A DNA stretch of 64,000 bases from Chloroflexota bacterium (GCA_022824225.1 JAJEAH010000046.1:16910-80909); one strand, 5' to 3'. Positions 39,555-50,726 are shown, counted from the stretch's first letter. A program made the numbers and translations. The notes: generated from the sequence alone by a model not told the origin.

Positions 39555-40589
39555 ATGGCAGCCTCATACCGCGTCGGTATCGTAGGCCTCGGACGCGTGG
39601 CCAGCACCATTCAGGATGAAGTCGCCGGCTATGCGGGACGCATGTTGCTGCCCTATTCGCACACCCACGCCTATGCCGCGGTCCCGCAGACTCGGGTCTG
39701 CGCCGTGGCCGACATCGATGCACAGCGCACTACCGCCTACGCGGAGCGTTGGCAGCCGGAATTCGGCGGCATCGCGGCCTATACGTCCTACGAAGAGATG
39801 CTGCAAGCAGAAGACCTGGATATCGTGAGCGTCTGCACCCACGCGCCGCTGCACGCGCCGGTGACGCTGGCCGCGGCCCAGGCCGGTGTCAAGGCAGTCT
39901 TCTGCGAGAAAGCCATCGCGACGAGTCTCGCCGAAGCCGACGCCATGATAGACGCCTGCGATGCGCACAACGTTAAGCTCGTCATCAATCACACACGTCG
40001 TTGGGACCCGTTCTATGAGACCGCGCTCGCCCTCGTACAGGAGGGCAGAATCGGCAACGTGCGCACCGTGGCCGCCCACTTTGCCGGCGCGCTGGTGCAT
40101 ACGGGTATCCACTGGCTTGACGCCATGCTGCTCTTCAGCCGGAGCACACCCGCGTGGGTGGCCGGCAGTCTCGCGCCCGGCGCCGACACGGCCAGAGACG
40201 CCGGCGGCGCGGCCTCCGTGGGCTTCCACAACGGCGTCACCGGCTTCATCGACGGCCAAAGCGGCCCGGTGTTCGAAATCGACGTGATCGGCACAGCCGG
40301 CCGTTTGCGGCTTAGCAACAGCGACGTTGAATTCTTCACGTTTGATTCGGCCACGCGCACGCTGGTCGAACGCCCGTTCCCCCTGGTGGCCTACGCCCAC
40401 AGCGGCATGCAGGGCGCCGTAGCCGAAATCGTGCGGTGCATCGAGGAAGACCGGCCCAGCCGCTCCGACGGCCGCGTGGGGCGCGCCGCGTTAGAAGTCG
40501 CCCTAGCGGTCTACGCCTCCCATGCGTCCAGCGGCGCGCGGGTGGCGCTGCCCCTGGCGGAACGCGACCGCGTGGTGCTCTCTCGCTGA
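39555..40589 (+). CDS. Gfo/Idh/MocA-family oxidoreductase
   Basis: Motifs YRVGIVGLGRVAS and FCEKAIA; 344 aa. Confidence 0.8.
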   Translation: MAASYRVGIVGLGRVASTIQDEVAGYAGRMLLPYSHTHAYAAVPQTRVCAVADIDAQRTTAYAERWQPEFGGIAAYTSYEEMLQAEDLDIVSVCTHAPLHAPVTLAAAQAGVKAVFCEKAIATSLAEADAMIDACDAHNVKLVINHTRRWDPFYETALALVQEGRIGNVRTVAAHFAGALVHTGIHWLDAMLLFSRSTPAWVAGSLAPGADTARDAGGAASVGFHNGVTGFIDGQSGPVFEIDVIGTAGRLRLSNSDVEFFTFDSATRTLVERPFPLVAYAHSGMQGAVAEIVRCIEEDRPSRSDGRVGRAALEVALAVYASHASSGARVALPLAERDRVVLSR

Positions 40590-40730
40590 TGTGCCGATCT
40601 CGGCGGCCCGTGACCCAAACCGCCGCTTCTCGACCTCTTGCATCCCGGTCATGGCGGCTGGGTAGCCGCTTGCCGTTTCCGCTATGATGTTGCTATTGAG
40701 GAGTGACGAATCGCTGAAGAGGAACACGGT

Positions 40731-42068
40731 ATGATACGCAATGAGAAGAGCGCGGCGCTCTTTGCCGAGGCCGAGGCGTACGCCCCCGGCGGCGTGCATA
40801 CGTCAATACGCAGCGTCGAGCCCCGGCTGGTCTTCGACCGCGCCGAGGGCGCCCGCATCTGGGACGTAGACGGCAATGAGTATCTGGACTACCACGCCGC
40901 TTTCGGCCCCTTCATTTTGGGGCACGTGCATCCCATAGTGGTGCAGCGTGTGGAAGACGCGCTGTGGGAGACCGACCTCTACGGGGTGGGCGCCACCACC
41001 CAGGAAATCGAACTGGCGAAGAAAGTCGTCGAGCACGTGCCGTCCATCGAGCAGGTGCTTTTCACCAACGCGGGTTCGGAAGCCACGTTTCACGCGTTGC
41101 GCGTTGCCCGCGCGCATACCGGCCGTGAGAAGATCATCAAGTTTCAGGGCTGCTACCACGGCTGGCATGACGCCGTGCTGCGCAACGTGATCAGCGCCCC
41201 GGACATGGTCGGCCAACGCGACCTGCTCTCGGCGGGCATGATGGCAGAGACTGCCGACGCTACGCTTGTCTGCACGTTCAACGATGCCGACGACGTTGCG
41301 GACACGATTGCGGCGCACCCGGGCGAAATCGCGGCCATCATCGTGGAGCCCATTCCCCACAATATCGGCTGCGTGCGGCCCCAGCCGGGCTTCTTGGAAG
41401 CGCTGCGCGACCTCAGCCACGCCCACGGCATCGTGCTCATCTTCGACGAGGTCATCACCGGCTTTCGCCACGGTCTTGGCGGCTACCAACAGATAGCGGG
41501 CGTTACGCCGGATATTACGACCCTGGGCAAGGCCATAGCCAACGGCTTTCCCATCGCCGCCATCGGCGGCAAACGGGAAATCATGCAGCGCTTCAATACG
41601 AACCCCGGCGGCGATACGTTCTTCGCCGGCACGTACAACGGCCACGCCGTCGGCACGGCTGCCGCGCTGGCTACCATCGAGATCATGGAAAACCAGGACG
41701 TGCACGCGGAGATCTTCCGCCTGGGCGAGCGCATGCGCGCGGGGCTGAGCGACGTCATGGCGGCGGCCGATATACCCGCGAACGTCGAGGGATTTGGGTC
41801 GGTGTTCGTGACCTACTTCATGGACGGCCCGGCCCGCAACTTTACGGACCTGCTGCACAACGATGCCGATTTCTTCATCCGTTACCGCCAGGAGTGCGTG
41901 AAGCGCGGCGTCTTCAAGCTGCCCATGAATATCAAGCGCAACCACATCAGCTTTGCTCATACCGACGCCGACGTGGACCGCACGCTGCAAGTGGCCGAGG
42001 ACGCCATTCAAACGCTGGTGCGCCAAGGCGTGCGCCCGGCGCCAAGCCAGGCAGTCGCGGTTACGTAG
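40731..42068 (+). CDS. Class-III PLP aminotransferase (glutamate-1-semialdehyde aminomutase-like)
   Basis: Motifs GSEATFHALRVARAHTGREKIIKFQGCYHGWHD, IFDEVITGFR and TLGKAIANGFP. Confidence 0.85.
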   Translation: MIRNEKSAALFAEAEAYAPGGVHTSIRSVEPRLVFDRAEGARIWDVDGNEYLDYHAAFGPFILGHVHPIVVQRVEDALWETDLYGVGATTQEIELAKKVVEHVPSIEQVLFTNAGSEATFHALRVARAHTGREKIIKFQGCYHGWHDAVLRNVISAPDMVGQRDLLSAGMMAETADATLVCTFNDADDVADTIAAHPGEIAAIIVEPIPHNIGCVRPQPGFLEALRDLSHAHGIVLIFDEVITGFRHGLGGYQQIAGVTPDITTLGKAIANGFPIAAIGGKREIMQRFNTNPGGDTFFAGTYNGHAVGTAAALATIEIMENQDVHAEIFRLGERMRAGLSDVMAAADIPANVEGFGSVFVTYFMDGPARNFTDLLHNDADFFIRYRQECVKRGVFKLPMNIKRNHISFAHTDADVDRTLQVAEDAIQTLVRQGVRPAPSQAVAVT

Positions 42069-42282
42069 CCTGGCGCGCGTCGTCGCGGCTCGCGGCCAAA
42101 CGTATCGCCCAGTCAGCCATCGTCAGCCGTGGCAGGGCGCTGCGAGGAGCATATAGCCGCCGACATGCCACGCGTGTTCGCGCTATGCGTTCGCGCTGGT
42201 GTTTGCCGGTTGTCCCGGCCGACTCCGGGCCGCGCCGCAACCACATGCTTGGGAAGAATCGACCTGAACGAGGAGAACAATC

Positions 42283-43947
42283 GTGTCGTCCGCATCCGAA
42301 ACCTACCGCCCCAAGCCCATCACCGAGATTGCCGAGGGTCTTGCGCTTGAATCAGACGAGTTTAGCAGTTACGGGCCGCTCATGGGCAAGATACGCACCC
42401 AGGTACTGGAGCGACTGGCGGAAAAGCCCGACGGCAAGCTCATCCTGGTAACGGCCATCTCGCCCACGTCCGCCGGCGAGGGCAAGACCACGGTCACGGT
42501 GGGTCTGGCCCAGACGCTCTTCAGCATGGGTAAGAACGCGCTCTCGTGCACGCGGGAACCCTCGCTTGGCCCCGTGTTTGGCATCAAGGGCGGCGCCACC
42601 GGCGGCGGCAAGGCGACGCTGGCGCCCTCGCTGGAAATCAACCTCCACTTCACCGGCGACTTCCACGCCATCACGGCGGCCCATAACCTGCTGGCCGCGA
42701 TTCTGGACAACCACCTGCACCAGGGGAACAAGCTCGGCATCGATCCCCGGCGCGTGACGTGGCGGCGGACTATCGACATGAACGACCGCGCGCTGCGCAA
42801 TATCGTCATCGGCCTCGGCGGCAGAACGGAAGGCGTGCCGCGGGAGAGCGGGTTCGACATCACGCCCGCCTCGGAAATCATGGCCGTCTTGTGCCTGTCC
42901 AGCGACCTGGCAGACCTCAAGGAACGCTTGGGCCGCATCGTCGTGGGCGAGACGTTCGACCGCACGCCGGTGACGGCGGCGGACCTGAACGCCCACACCG
43001 CCATGACGATTCTGCTGCGCGAGGCTGTCCATCCCAACCTCGTGCAGAACATGGCCGGCGGTCCGGCCATCGTGCACGGCGGGCCCTTCGGCAACATCGC
43101 CCACGGCTGCAATTCGATCATCGCAACACGGGTGGGCCTGAAACTCGCCGACTACGTGGTGACCGAAGCGGGCTTTGGCACAGACCTGGGCGCGGAGAAG
43201 TTCTTCAACATCAAGTGCCGGCGCGCCGGGCTAACGCCCGCGGCCGTCGTGCTGGTAGCCACGGTGCGGGCGCTCAAGCTGCACGGGGGCGTGCGTCCCG
43301 CCGACCTGGAGGTCGAGAATACCGCCGCCCTGGCAGCCGGTCTCGCCAACCTGCAGAAGCACATCGAGAACATCACGAAGTTCGGCCTGGACGTCGTGGT
43401 CGCGCTCAACCGCTTCCCCTCGGACACCGCCGCTGACGTGCGCACGGTTGCCGAATTCTGCCAGGCGGAAGGCGTGCCAATGGCGGAAACGGACGTCTTC
43501 GCCGGCGGCATCGAGGGCGGCCGCGCCCTGGCTAACGCCGTGCTCGGCCTACTTGAGCAGGAACCGGCGCAACCGTTCGCGCTGCTCTATCCCGACGACA
43601 TGCCGCTGCGAGATAAGATCGCTACGGTCGCCAAAGAAATCTACGGCGCGAGGCGGGTCAGCTATGCCCTCGCCGCCAGCCGCACGCTGCGGCAGCTCGA
43701 GCGCAGGGGCTACAAGCACCTGCCCATTTGCATGGCCAAAACCCAATCGTCGTTTTCGGACAACCCGCGCTTGCTGGGACGTCCGGATAACTTCACCATC
43801 ACGGTGCGCGAGGTCAAGCTCTCCGCCGGGGCAGGCTTCATCGTGCCGCTGACCGGCGACATTCTCACGTTGCCCGGTCTGCCCGCCGTGCCCGCCGCGG
43901 ACGGCATGACCATCGACGACGCGGGCAATGTTGGCGGCATGATCTAG
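42283..43947 (+). CDS. fhs: Formate--tetrahydrofolate ligase
   Basis: Motifs ISPTSAGEGKTTVTVGL, VHGGPFGNIAHGCNS and VTEAGFGTDLGAEKF. GTG start. Confidence 0.95.
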   Translation: MSSASETYRPKPITEIAEGLALESDEFSSYGPLMGKIRTQVLERLAEKPDGKLILVTAISPTSAGEGKTTVTVGLAQTLFSMGKNALSCTREPSLGPVFGIKGGATGGGKATLAPSLEINLHFTGDFHAITAAHNLLAAILDNHLHQGNKLGIDPRRVTWRRTIDMNDRALRNIVIGLGGRTEGVPRESGFDITPASEIMAVLCLSSDLADLKERLGRIVVGETFDRTPVTAADLNAHTAMTILLREAVHPNLVQNMAGGPAIVHGGPFGNIAHGCNSIIATRVGLKLADYVVTEAGFGTDLGAEKFFNIKCRRAGLTPAAVVLVATVRALKLHGGVRPADLEVENTAALAAGLANLQKHIENITKFGLDVVVALNRFPSDTAADVRTVAEFCQAEGVPMAETDVFAGGIEGGRALANAVLGLLEQEPAQPFALLYPDDMPLRDKIATVAKEIYGARRVSYALAASRTLRQLERRGYKHLPICMAKTQSSFSDNPRLLGRPDNFTITVREVKLSAGAGFIVPLTGDILTLPGLPAVPAADGMTIDDAGNVGGMI

Positions 43948-44143
43948 GCTTTGTGGGAGGGTCGCCGCCCCTGCGGCGGCGCAGTCTTCTACCAGTGCTG
44001 TCGCATTGAGGTGGATGGCTTCAGTTATCTCCGTTTGAGCTGAGCACTTCCGCCACTCGACTTTGCTCAGGGCAGGCAGGCTCAGCACAGGCTCTGTCGC
44101 AGCGCGGACGGTGCGTAGAAGGCCCAAAACCGACGATCTCGCG

Positions 44144-44203
44144 CCTGAGCCGTTCGCCCTTCGACTTGGCTCAGGGCGAACGGCTCAGGGCGAACGGCTC
44201 AGG
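44144..44203. repeat. Hairpin repeat with a 17-bp stem, plus a 14-bp duplication of the 3' arm
   Basis: CCTGAGCCGTTCGCCCT (44144..44160) pairs with AGGGCGAACGGCTCAGG (44173..44189). GCGAACGGCTCAGG is repeated at 44190..44203. Confidence 0.8.
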
Positions 44204-44427
44204 CGCAAGCTTCAGTGCGACACGAGTGGGGTCTTGTTCCCGCACTGCCAAGCCTGTACGTGCGCAAGGCAAACGTCCCGCACCGCCGGGTGGCTGGGCG
44301 AAGGACTTCGAGCGGCGGTACCAAGATCGCCGGCTGGCCCGCGCCGCCGCGTGGCTGGGCAAAGGTGCGCCGCCAAGCCGTAACCGGGCCGTGACTCTAG
44401 CCGTAGCCGTAGCCCGTTGCGCCCGTG

Positions 44428-46800
44428 CTAGAGCCGCCGCGAACCGCGACGCATGAGGCGCGGGATGAGCAGGGACAGCACCACCAGCCAGCCCACGCCG
44501 CTGGCTACCACGCCGATCTGGAACCAGCGAGGCACGTATTCGAAGACTACTGTGCTCTCCCCGGAGGGCAACAGCACCCCGCGCAAGGCCAGGTCTACAC
44601 GGTAGATCTCTGTGGGATTGCCATCGATTGTGGCCGCCCAACCCGGGTAGAAGGCATCCGCAAGCACCAGCAGCCCCGGCTGCGTTGTGGTCGCTTGGAT
44701 CACGATTCGCCGCGGGCCACTGGCAACAATCGTGGCAGGCGTGGCCTCGCCGGTAGCGCCGACAAGCTCCGGTATCGGTCGCTCCACCAGCGCTTGCCGG
44801 GCTACGTCTATGTCGCGCAGCCGCAGCGGATCATCGTCCACCACGGTCTCGTATACGACGAATGACCGGGGTAGCACTTCAGAATTCTCGAAGAGCAACG
44901 GGCCGCCGGAACGAGTCTGCCCTATCAATTCCCAGCCTTCGCCCGGCATGGTCTGCTTGAGGTCGGCAACCAGGTAGCGTACGTTGAGCAAGCCCCACAG
45001 CGTGGCGTCTACCTCGCCTTCGCCACCAATCACGGAGGACAGAGCGGAATACGGGGGAGTCTGATCGTGGTTGAACAGGGCCGTGCGCAGTTGCGTGTAG
45101 CTCCTGGTTGGCAAGATGCCGCCATCGTAGCCGTCGGCAACAGCCAGCCCCAACGGCAGATTGAGATTGGGTCTGAGTTCTTCACTAAACTTGGCATACT
45201 CGATGGCAAAGTGAGACCAATACTCCGGCATTGTCTCCAAGAGTTCACCCATGCGCCTCTCTTCGTCTTCCAGCGGAAAGTTCTCCGCCGCGATACTGAT
45301 GTAGCGCGCGTCGCGCCAGCGCTCCGCAAGTTGCTCATTGTCAGCGGTCGGCCGGTAAATGCTATCCGGCATGACAATGTTGAACTCCAGCGGCCGCGAT
45401 GCCAAGAAGAGCTCCACAACCACCAACGCGCCCACGAACGAATACGTCAGCGCGTTGGCCAGTCCGTGGTGGAGGACCAATAGAATCGTAACGTATGTGA
45501 TCAGGGCCACTATAGCCCACATCACCACCACCTTGGGCTCGGGCAAGGTCTGATGCGAACGCACGAGGTACATGCGGCCGATGAAGGCCAACAAGAGCAA
45601 CACGCTCGCCACCGTGCTGGATAGAAGAACAAACGATAGATGGCGGCGCTCACCCGGCCGCAGATTGTCCCGCAACTGGTCGGCGCCAAGAGCGGCGAGC
45701 ACCGAGACCCCAAAGCTGAATATGAACAACCAGCGCCCGGCTACACGAAACGAAGAGAAGCCCGGCAATACCCGGTGCAGAAGCTCGAACAGCGGCGAAT
45801 ACGTGCCGAGCGCCAGGATGAACGCGAACAAGGTGAGCGCGATGAAGAACGGCACCCAGCGCTGGCGGGCTATCTGGAGAATCCCAAAGAAGGCTAGCAC
45901 CGCGCCACTAACGCCAATGTAGCCAGCCGTCTCATAATTGGGGGGTGGCCGCCAGTACCTGGGTAGGAGTGAGAGCAGCAACTCATTGCGATTCAGCGCC
46001 CGCGAGGCTGAATCTTCCAGCGAAACGCCGCCCATGCGGTACGACACCGTAACAGCTTCCAACGTGGGCAGAAGTTGGGCCGCGCTCAAGACCGCGCCAA
46101 TCGCCACGAAGAGGACCGGCACGACAAACGGCCACCAGCGCGACGTCAACTCCCCAGGCGATGCGAAGGCGAGATAGAGGCTGAACAATCCCACTGCCAC
46201 AAACGTGTAATAGAACTCCTGGGTGTGTCCTGCCAGAAAACTCAGCGCCGTAATCACGCCCCCCAGGAGAATCCACGTGGTGGACGGCGCGCACGCCCGG
46301 CGTACGCAGAGCAAGATCCACGGCAGCCAAATGGCGGTATGCATCTGGTTGAGGTGTCCGATGTGGGGCAATAAGAACCCGCCCACCCCGAAACACAAAG
46401 CGCCAATACAGGCGGCGAAGATTGACGTCTCCAGACCGTAGCGCAGGAAAAGATACATCCCCGCCAGCCCCAACCACGTGTGCACCACCACGCTCCACGT
46501 GAGGGCCGACGGAAACGGTAGAAGCACGAATAGGGCGTCCAGCGGATAGATCACGCTGGCCTGGATATTCGCCAGCAACGGCGCGCCCAGGAAGAGAAGA
46601 GGGTTCCACAAGGGGATCTCGCCCTGGCTGATCAACTCGCGTATATACGTCTTGTACGGGTAGAACAACGCGACGAGATCGTAGCCGCTGATGACACCCA
46701 GCCCGAGAACCGACTTCCAAAAGAAGACCAGCGCTAAGACGAAGAATCCCGCCAGTACGGCGAGGTCGATGAAGAAGGGCTGACGCTGTTGTAAAGCCAT
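44428..46800 (-). CDS. Large polytopic membrane protein, YfhO-like (putative glycosyl/lipid-linked transferase)
   Basis: 790 aa. The N-terminal ~450 aa has many TM segments. A soluble region and a single C-terminal TM follow. Family call is by architecture only. Confidence 0.45.
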   Translation of the reverse strand: MALQQRQPFFIDLAVLAGFFVLALVFFWKSVLGLGVISGYDLVALFYPYKTYIRELISQGEIPLWNPLLFLGAPLLANIQASVIYPLDALFVLLPFPSALTWSVVVHTWLGLAGMYLFLRYGLETSIFAACIGALCFGVGGFLLPHIGHLNQMHTAIWLPWILLCVRRACAPSTTWILLGGVITALSFLAGHTQEFYYTFVAVGLFSLYLAFASPGELTSRWWPFVVPVLFVAIGAVLSAAQLLPTLEAVTVSYRMGGVSLEDSASRALNRNELLLSLLPRYWRPPPNYETAGYIGVSGAVLAFFGILQIARQRWVPFFIALTLFAFILALGTYSPLFELLHRVLPGFSSFRVAGRWLFIFSFGVSVLAALGADQLRDNLRPGERRHLSFVLLSSTVASVLLLLAFIGRMYLVRSHQTLPEPKVVVMWAIVALITYVTILLVLHHGLANALTYSFVGALVVVELFLASRPLEFNIVMPDSIYRPTADNEQLAERWRDARYISIAAENFPLEDEERRMGELLETMPEYWSHFAIEYAKFSEELRPNLNLPLGLAVADGYDGGILPTRSYTQLRTALFNHDQTPPYSALSSVIGGEGEVDATLWGLLNVRYLVADLKQTMPGEGWELIGQTRSGGPLLFENSEVLPRSFVVYETVVDDDPLRLRDIDVARQALVERPIPELVGATGEATPATIVASGPRRIVIQATTTQPGLLVLADAFYPGWAATIDGNPTEIYRVDLALRGVLLPSGESTVVFEYVPRWFQIGVVASGVGWLVVLSLLIPRLMRRGSRRL

Positions 46801-47035
46801 GAAAGTCGTTCGCCTGAGGATGCCGGTGCGCGACTAGTGAGATTGTAGCCGCTTCACCTGCCCTGTGTACAGTCCCGCCGCCCGCCGAGCCACCACCGGC
46901 CTGCTGCGCTTGCCGCGGGGCGTCCCGGCAACCCGGCGCCCCTACGCGCAGCGCCAATCGACGGCCTGCGCCTTGCTCTTGACCACCCTCGCCCTTCGCG
47001 CAGCCGGTGAGCGCTGTGCCCGGTTGCGTTCGACC

Positions 47036-48181
47036 TCACAGTGCGGCCCGGAATAGCGCCTCGATCTCCGAGACGCCGAACCGGCGGGCGTTGTTATCCA
47101 GTAGCCGGCGAATGCCGTACGCCTCCGCCGCCAACGCAGGCACGTCGCGGGCCGAGATGCCAAAATCGGACAGGCGCGCCGGAGTTTGCAGCGTCGCCAA
47201 GAAGCCGCGCAGACTGTCAAGCAACGCGCCGGACCCGCACGGCGTCTCCAGCGGTGTGCCGTCCTCCTCCAGCAGCCCGGCATAGGCGTCGGGGCTGGCC
47301 GCAACATTGCGTTCCAAGACGTGGGGCAGCAGGATGGCGTTGCCGATGCCGTGGGCGATGCGCACGCGGCCGGCCAAGGGGTAGGCCAAGGCGTGCACCG
47401 CCCCGGCGCCGGCGTTCGCCACCGCAATGCCCGCGTACAACGCCGCCTGCGCCATCTTGCCGCGCGCCCGCATGTCGTCGCCGTTCTCGATTACGCGCGG
47501 CAGAAACGACAGGCAGAGACGAAAGGCCTCGCGAGAATAGAGCCGGCTCATGGGGCTCGCCCGCCGCGCCGCATAGGATTCGATAGCGTGTGTGAGCGCA
47601 TCCAAGCCGCTGGCGAGCGTGACGCCGGCCGGCAAGCTGCGCGTGAACGTAGGATCCACGAGTACGGCAATTGGTTCCGCGTAGCGACCGACGAGGCGAG
47701 ACTTGCGGTTGTCATGGGTCACGATAGCGCCGGCAGTAGCTTCCGCGCCGGATCCGGCCGTTGTTGGCAAGAGGAAGAGCGGGAGTCCGGGGCCGAAACC
47801 GTTGCTTTCCCGGTCCACGAAATCGCCCAGGGGTTGGGCGCACGCCGCAAAACCGCTCACGATCTTCGCGGCATCCAGCACGCTGCCGCCGCCCACACCC
47901 ACCACGGCGGCAACATCTTGGCGGGCGGCAAACGATCGGCACCGCTCCACCTCGTCCAAGTGCGGTTCCGGTGAGATGTGCTCGTAGCGCGCCACCGCGC
48001 ACCCGGCCGCCGCCAACGCTTCCGCCACCTGCGGCGCAATGCCGGCAGCCGCGACGCCGGGGTCCGTTAGGAGCAGGATGCGCCCGGTAGCGCGCGCGCG
48101 AACCAATGCCGGGAGTTGGCGGTAGACGCCGGAGCCAAAGTGGAGTGCCTGCGGAATCCGAAACGAGAAGACCTGCGCCAC
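47036..48181 (-). CDS. Iron-containing (group III) alcohol dehydrogenase
   Basis: Motifs VGVGGGSVLDAAK, LPTTAGSGAE and GAVHALAYPLAG..HG. GTG 48181 follows GAGGGGG plus an 8-nt spacer. The maximal ORF runs to 48250. Confidence 0.8.
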   Translation of the reverse strand: MAQVFSFRIPQALHFGSGVYRQLPALVRARATGRILLLTDPGVAAAGIAPQVAEALAAAGCAVARYEHISPEPHLDEVERCRSFAARQDVAAVVGVGGGSVLDAAKIVSGFAACAQPLGDFVDRESNGFGPGLPLFLLPTTAGSGAEATAGAIVTHDNRKSRLVGRYAEPIAVLVDPTFTRSLPAGVTLASGLDALTHAIESYAARRASPMSRLYSREAFRLCLSFLPRVIENGDDMRARGKMAQAALYAGIAVANAGAGAVHALAYPLAGRVRIAHGIGNAILLPHVLERNVAASPDAYAGLLEEDGTPLETPCGSGALLDSLRGFLATLQTPARLSDFGISARDVPALAAEAYGIRRLLDNNARRFGVSEIEALFRAAL

Positions 48182-48374
48182 ACGTGAATCCCCCTCGCTG
48201 CGCGCCCGGAAACGGGCAGAATGCGCACCACATTGTATCACACCCCACACCTGTCCGCGCCGCGCGTGCCACAGGCGCGTACCTAGTCAGGGGCGGAATC
48301 GCGGGTACGCTCGGCCGCGCGACGCCCGTACTTCAGCCTTACCCGCGCTTGGCATCAATTTGCCCGCGCCGCCG

Positions 48375-49403
48375 TCACCCCAGCAGGCGGATGATGTCCC
48401 GGTAGGTGATGAACACGATAAGGGTGAGCAGAACCATGATGCCCGCGAAGTTGATGGCGGCTTCCCGCCTGGGCGGAATGGGACGCCCGCGCACCATTTC
48501 TATCACCGTAAACACGAAACGCGCGCCGTCCAGACCCGGAAAGGGCAACAAATTGATGATGGCAAGGTTTATGCTCAAGAAGCCCGTAAACGTAAGCAGG
48601 CGGGAGATTCCGGAGCGGGCCACTTCCCCCGTCAACGTGGCAATGCCTACGGGTCCCATGATGTCGGCGTCCTCCGTGCCTTGTACCAGGCTGGCTACCC
48701 CCATGCCGAAGAGCGCGAACACGTGGCCCGTGCGTTGGATGCCGCGCCAGGCCGCTTCCCACGGCCAGTAGCGCACGATGGTCTGCTCCGGCAAGAGCAC
48801 GATGCCAATCGCCGGCCGCTCGACCTCCGGATTGTATTCGGGGGCCACCCGCACGCTCAACTCGCGGCCCTCGCGCACAATGGTGAGCCGCACCGGCGTG
48901 CCGGCCTGCGCGCCGCCGATTTCTGCGCGCACGTCTTCCATGGTCATTATCGGAGTGTCGTTGATAGTGAGGATGTGATCGCCGGGCTGCAGCCCCACCG
49001 CGGCCGCGGGCGTGCCGGCCACCACTTCCTGCACGAATATGCGATCGGTGAACGCCGGTTCGCCCAGCATGAAGGCCGCGGCAAAGAGCACCGGCGCAAT
49101 GAGTATGTTCATGGCGACCCCCGCCAGGATGACCACCGATCGCTCGATGGGACGCTTGCTCATGAAGCTGCCCGGTTCGGCCCCGCCGAATTCGCCGAAC
49201 ATGCGCACGAATCCGCCCAGGGGCAGGGCATTGATGGAGTACAGGGTCTCGCCAATGCGGCGGGAAAAGAGGCGGGGCGGCCAGCCGAGCCCAAATTCCA
49301 CGACGTGGATGCCCACCCGCCGCGCCGCCACGAAGTGACCGATTTCATGGACGAGCACGAGCAAGGAAAGCACGCACACGAATGCCACAATAGTCGTCAA
49401 CAT
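48375..49403 (-). CDS. rseP: RIP metalloprotease RseP (M50 site-2 protease with PDZ)
   Basis: Motifs VHEIGHFVAA and NLLPFPGLDG, with a PDZ segment between them. Confidence 0.85.
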   Translation of the reverse strand: MLTTIVAFVCVLSLLVLVHEIGHFVAARRVGIHVVEFGLGWPPRLFSRRIGETLYSINALPLGGFVRMFGEFGGAEPGSFMSKRPIERSVVILAGVAMNILIAPVLFAAAFMLGEPAFTDRIFVQEVVAGTPAAAVGLQPGDHILTINDTPIMTMEDVRAEIGGAQAGTPVRLTIVREGRELSVRVAPEYNPEVERPAIGIVLLPEQTIVRYWPWEAAWRGIQRTGHVFALFGMGVASLVQGTEDADIMGPVGIATLTGEVARSGISRLLTFTGFLSINLAIINLLPFPGLDGARFVFTVIEMVRGRPIPPRREAAINFAGIMVLLTLIVFITYRDIIRLLG

Positions 49404-49490
49404 CTATCTATCCGCTCTCATTCGGGCAGCGACTTCATCCAGGAGCCCGGCGCGCGGCGCACGGCATCCCAGACCCATGCATCGAACACG

Positions 49491-50726
49491 CTAAAGCGCC
49501 TCTCGAGTACTGTACATGCCCGCCATTAGCCGTTGCCGCGTCTCCGCGGCCACGGCAAGCACATGATCCAGCGACTCTACCGGCACGGCGGCGTGGGCGT
49601 CCAACGCCCGCTCGATCATGCGAGGTATATCCAAGAAGCCGATCTTGCCGCGCAGAAAGAGTTCAACGGCAACCTCGTCGGCGGCGCAGAGCGCCGTGGG
49701 CGCCGTGCCGCCGGTTGCCGCGGCCCGCCGGGCGAGGTCGAGGCAGGAAAAACGCGCGCTGTCCGGCGGGGAAAACTCCAACACCGGCGCGCGGGCAAAG
49801 TCCAGGCCGCCCCAATACGTGGGCAACCGCTCTGGATAGCTCAGGGCATGTTGGATTGGCAAGCGCATATCGGGATGGCTCAACTGCGCTTTCACCGCGC
49901 CGTCGGCGAATTCCACCAGCGCGTGCACGATGCTCTGGGGATGGATGACGACGTCGATCTTGTCGTACGGCAGCGCAAACAGCCAGTGCGCCTCGATTAC
50001 CTCTAGGCCCTTGTTGAGCAGCGTGGCGGAATCTATCGTAATCTTCGCGCCCATGGACCAGGTGGGGTGCCGCAACGCCTGTTCCGGCGTGACCGCCGCC
50101 AGTTCCCGGTCCGACGCCGTGCGGAACGGGCCGCCGGAAGCGGCCAATATCAACCGGCGCACCGCCGCCTGGTCTTCCCCCCGCAGGCATTGCCACACGC
50201 CGCTGTGTTCGCTGTCCGTGGGCAAGACCGCGGCGCCGTTTTCTGCCGCCGCGCGCATGACCAGGTCGCCGGCCATGACGAGGGTCTCCTTGTTCGCCAG
50301 GGCTACGTTCTGCCCGCGTTCCAGCGCCGCCATGGCCGCCTGCGCGCCGACCATCCCCGGCGTACCGACGACGGTCACGTCGGCCTCGACCGATTCCACA
50401 AGCTGCGCCATGCCGTCCGGACCCGAATAGTACCGCGTGGGCGCGTTGACCAGGCGCGACACGCTGCCGTCCGTGCGCGCCGCACTGTTGTCGGCGTGCG
50501 CCGGGCTGCTACCGGTCCCCGCCGGACTGCTTGCGGTGCGGACCGGGCCCCCGGCGCAATACGCCGCCTGCGGCGCGAATTCAGCCACTTGCGCCGCCAG
50601 CGCGCTCACGTCCCGTCCGGCTGCCAGACCCACCACGTCGAATGCACCGGGATTCGCCCGCACGACGTCCAGGGTCTGTCGCCCGATCGAGCCGGTGGAG
50701 CCCAACACGATGACGCGTTTTTTCAT
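49491..50726 (-). CDS. dxr: 1-deoxy-D-xylulose 5-phosphate reductoisomerase
   Basis: Motifs KKRVIVLGSTGSIGRQTLDVV, LANKETLV and DSEHSGVWQCL. Confidence 0.95.
   Translation of the reverse strand: MKKRVIVLGSTGSIGRQTLDVVRANPGAFDVVGLAAGRDVSALAAQVAEFAPQAAYCAGGPVRTASSPAGTGSSPAHADNSAARTDGSVSRLVNAPTRYYSGPDGMAQLVESVEADVTVVGTPGMVGAQAAMAALERGQNVALANKETLVMAGDLVMRAAAENGAAVLPTDSEHSGVWQCLRGEDQAAVRRLILAASGGPFRTASDRELAAVTPEQALRHPTWSMGAKITIDSATLLNKGLEVIEAHWLFALPYDKIDVVIHPQSIVHALVEFADGAVKAQLSHPDMRLPIQHALSYPERLPTYWGGLDFARAPVLEFSPPDSARFSCLDLARRAAATGGTAPTALCAADEVAVELFLRGKIGFLDIPRMIERALDAHAAVPVESLDHVLAVAAETRQRLMAGMYSTREAL

Noticed and set aside
42069-42282. ZTP (pfl) or THF riboswitch upstream of fhs
   Set aside because: The context is right because fhs is a common ZTP target. 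However, I could not find the GGGTCGTGACTGGCG or CCGCCTGGGCA cores, or a THF-like fold. This would need a covariance-model scan to exclude fully.
49700-50500. Repeat-derived insertion in dxr (segment VRTASSPAGTGSSPAHADNSAARTDGS)
   Set aside because: Total length (411 aa) is close to typical Dxr. The segment aligns to a variable linker region and contains none of the window's repeat cores.
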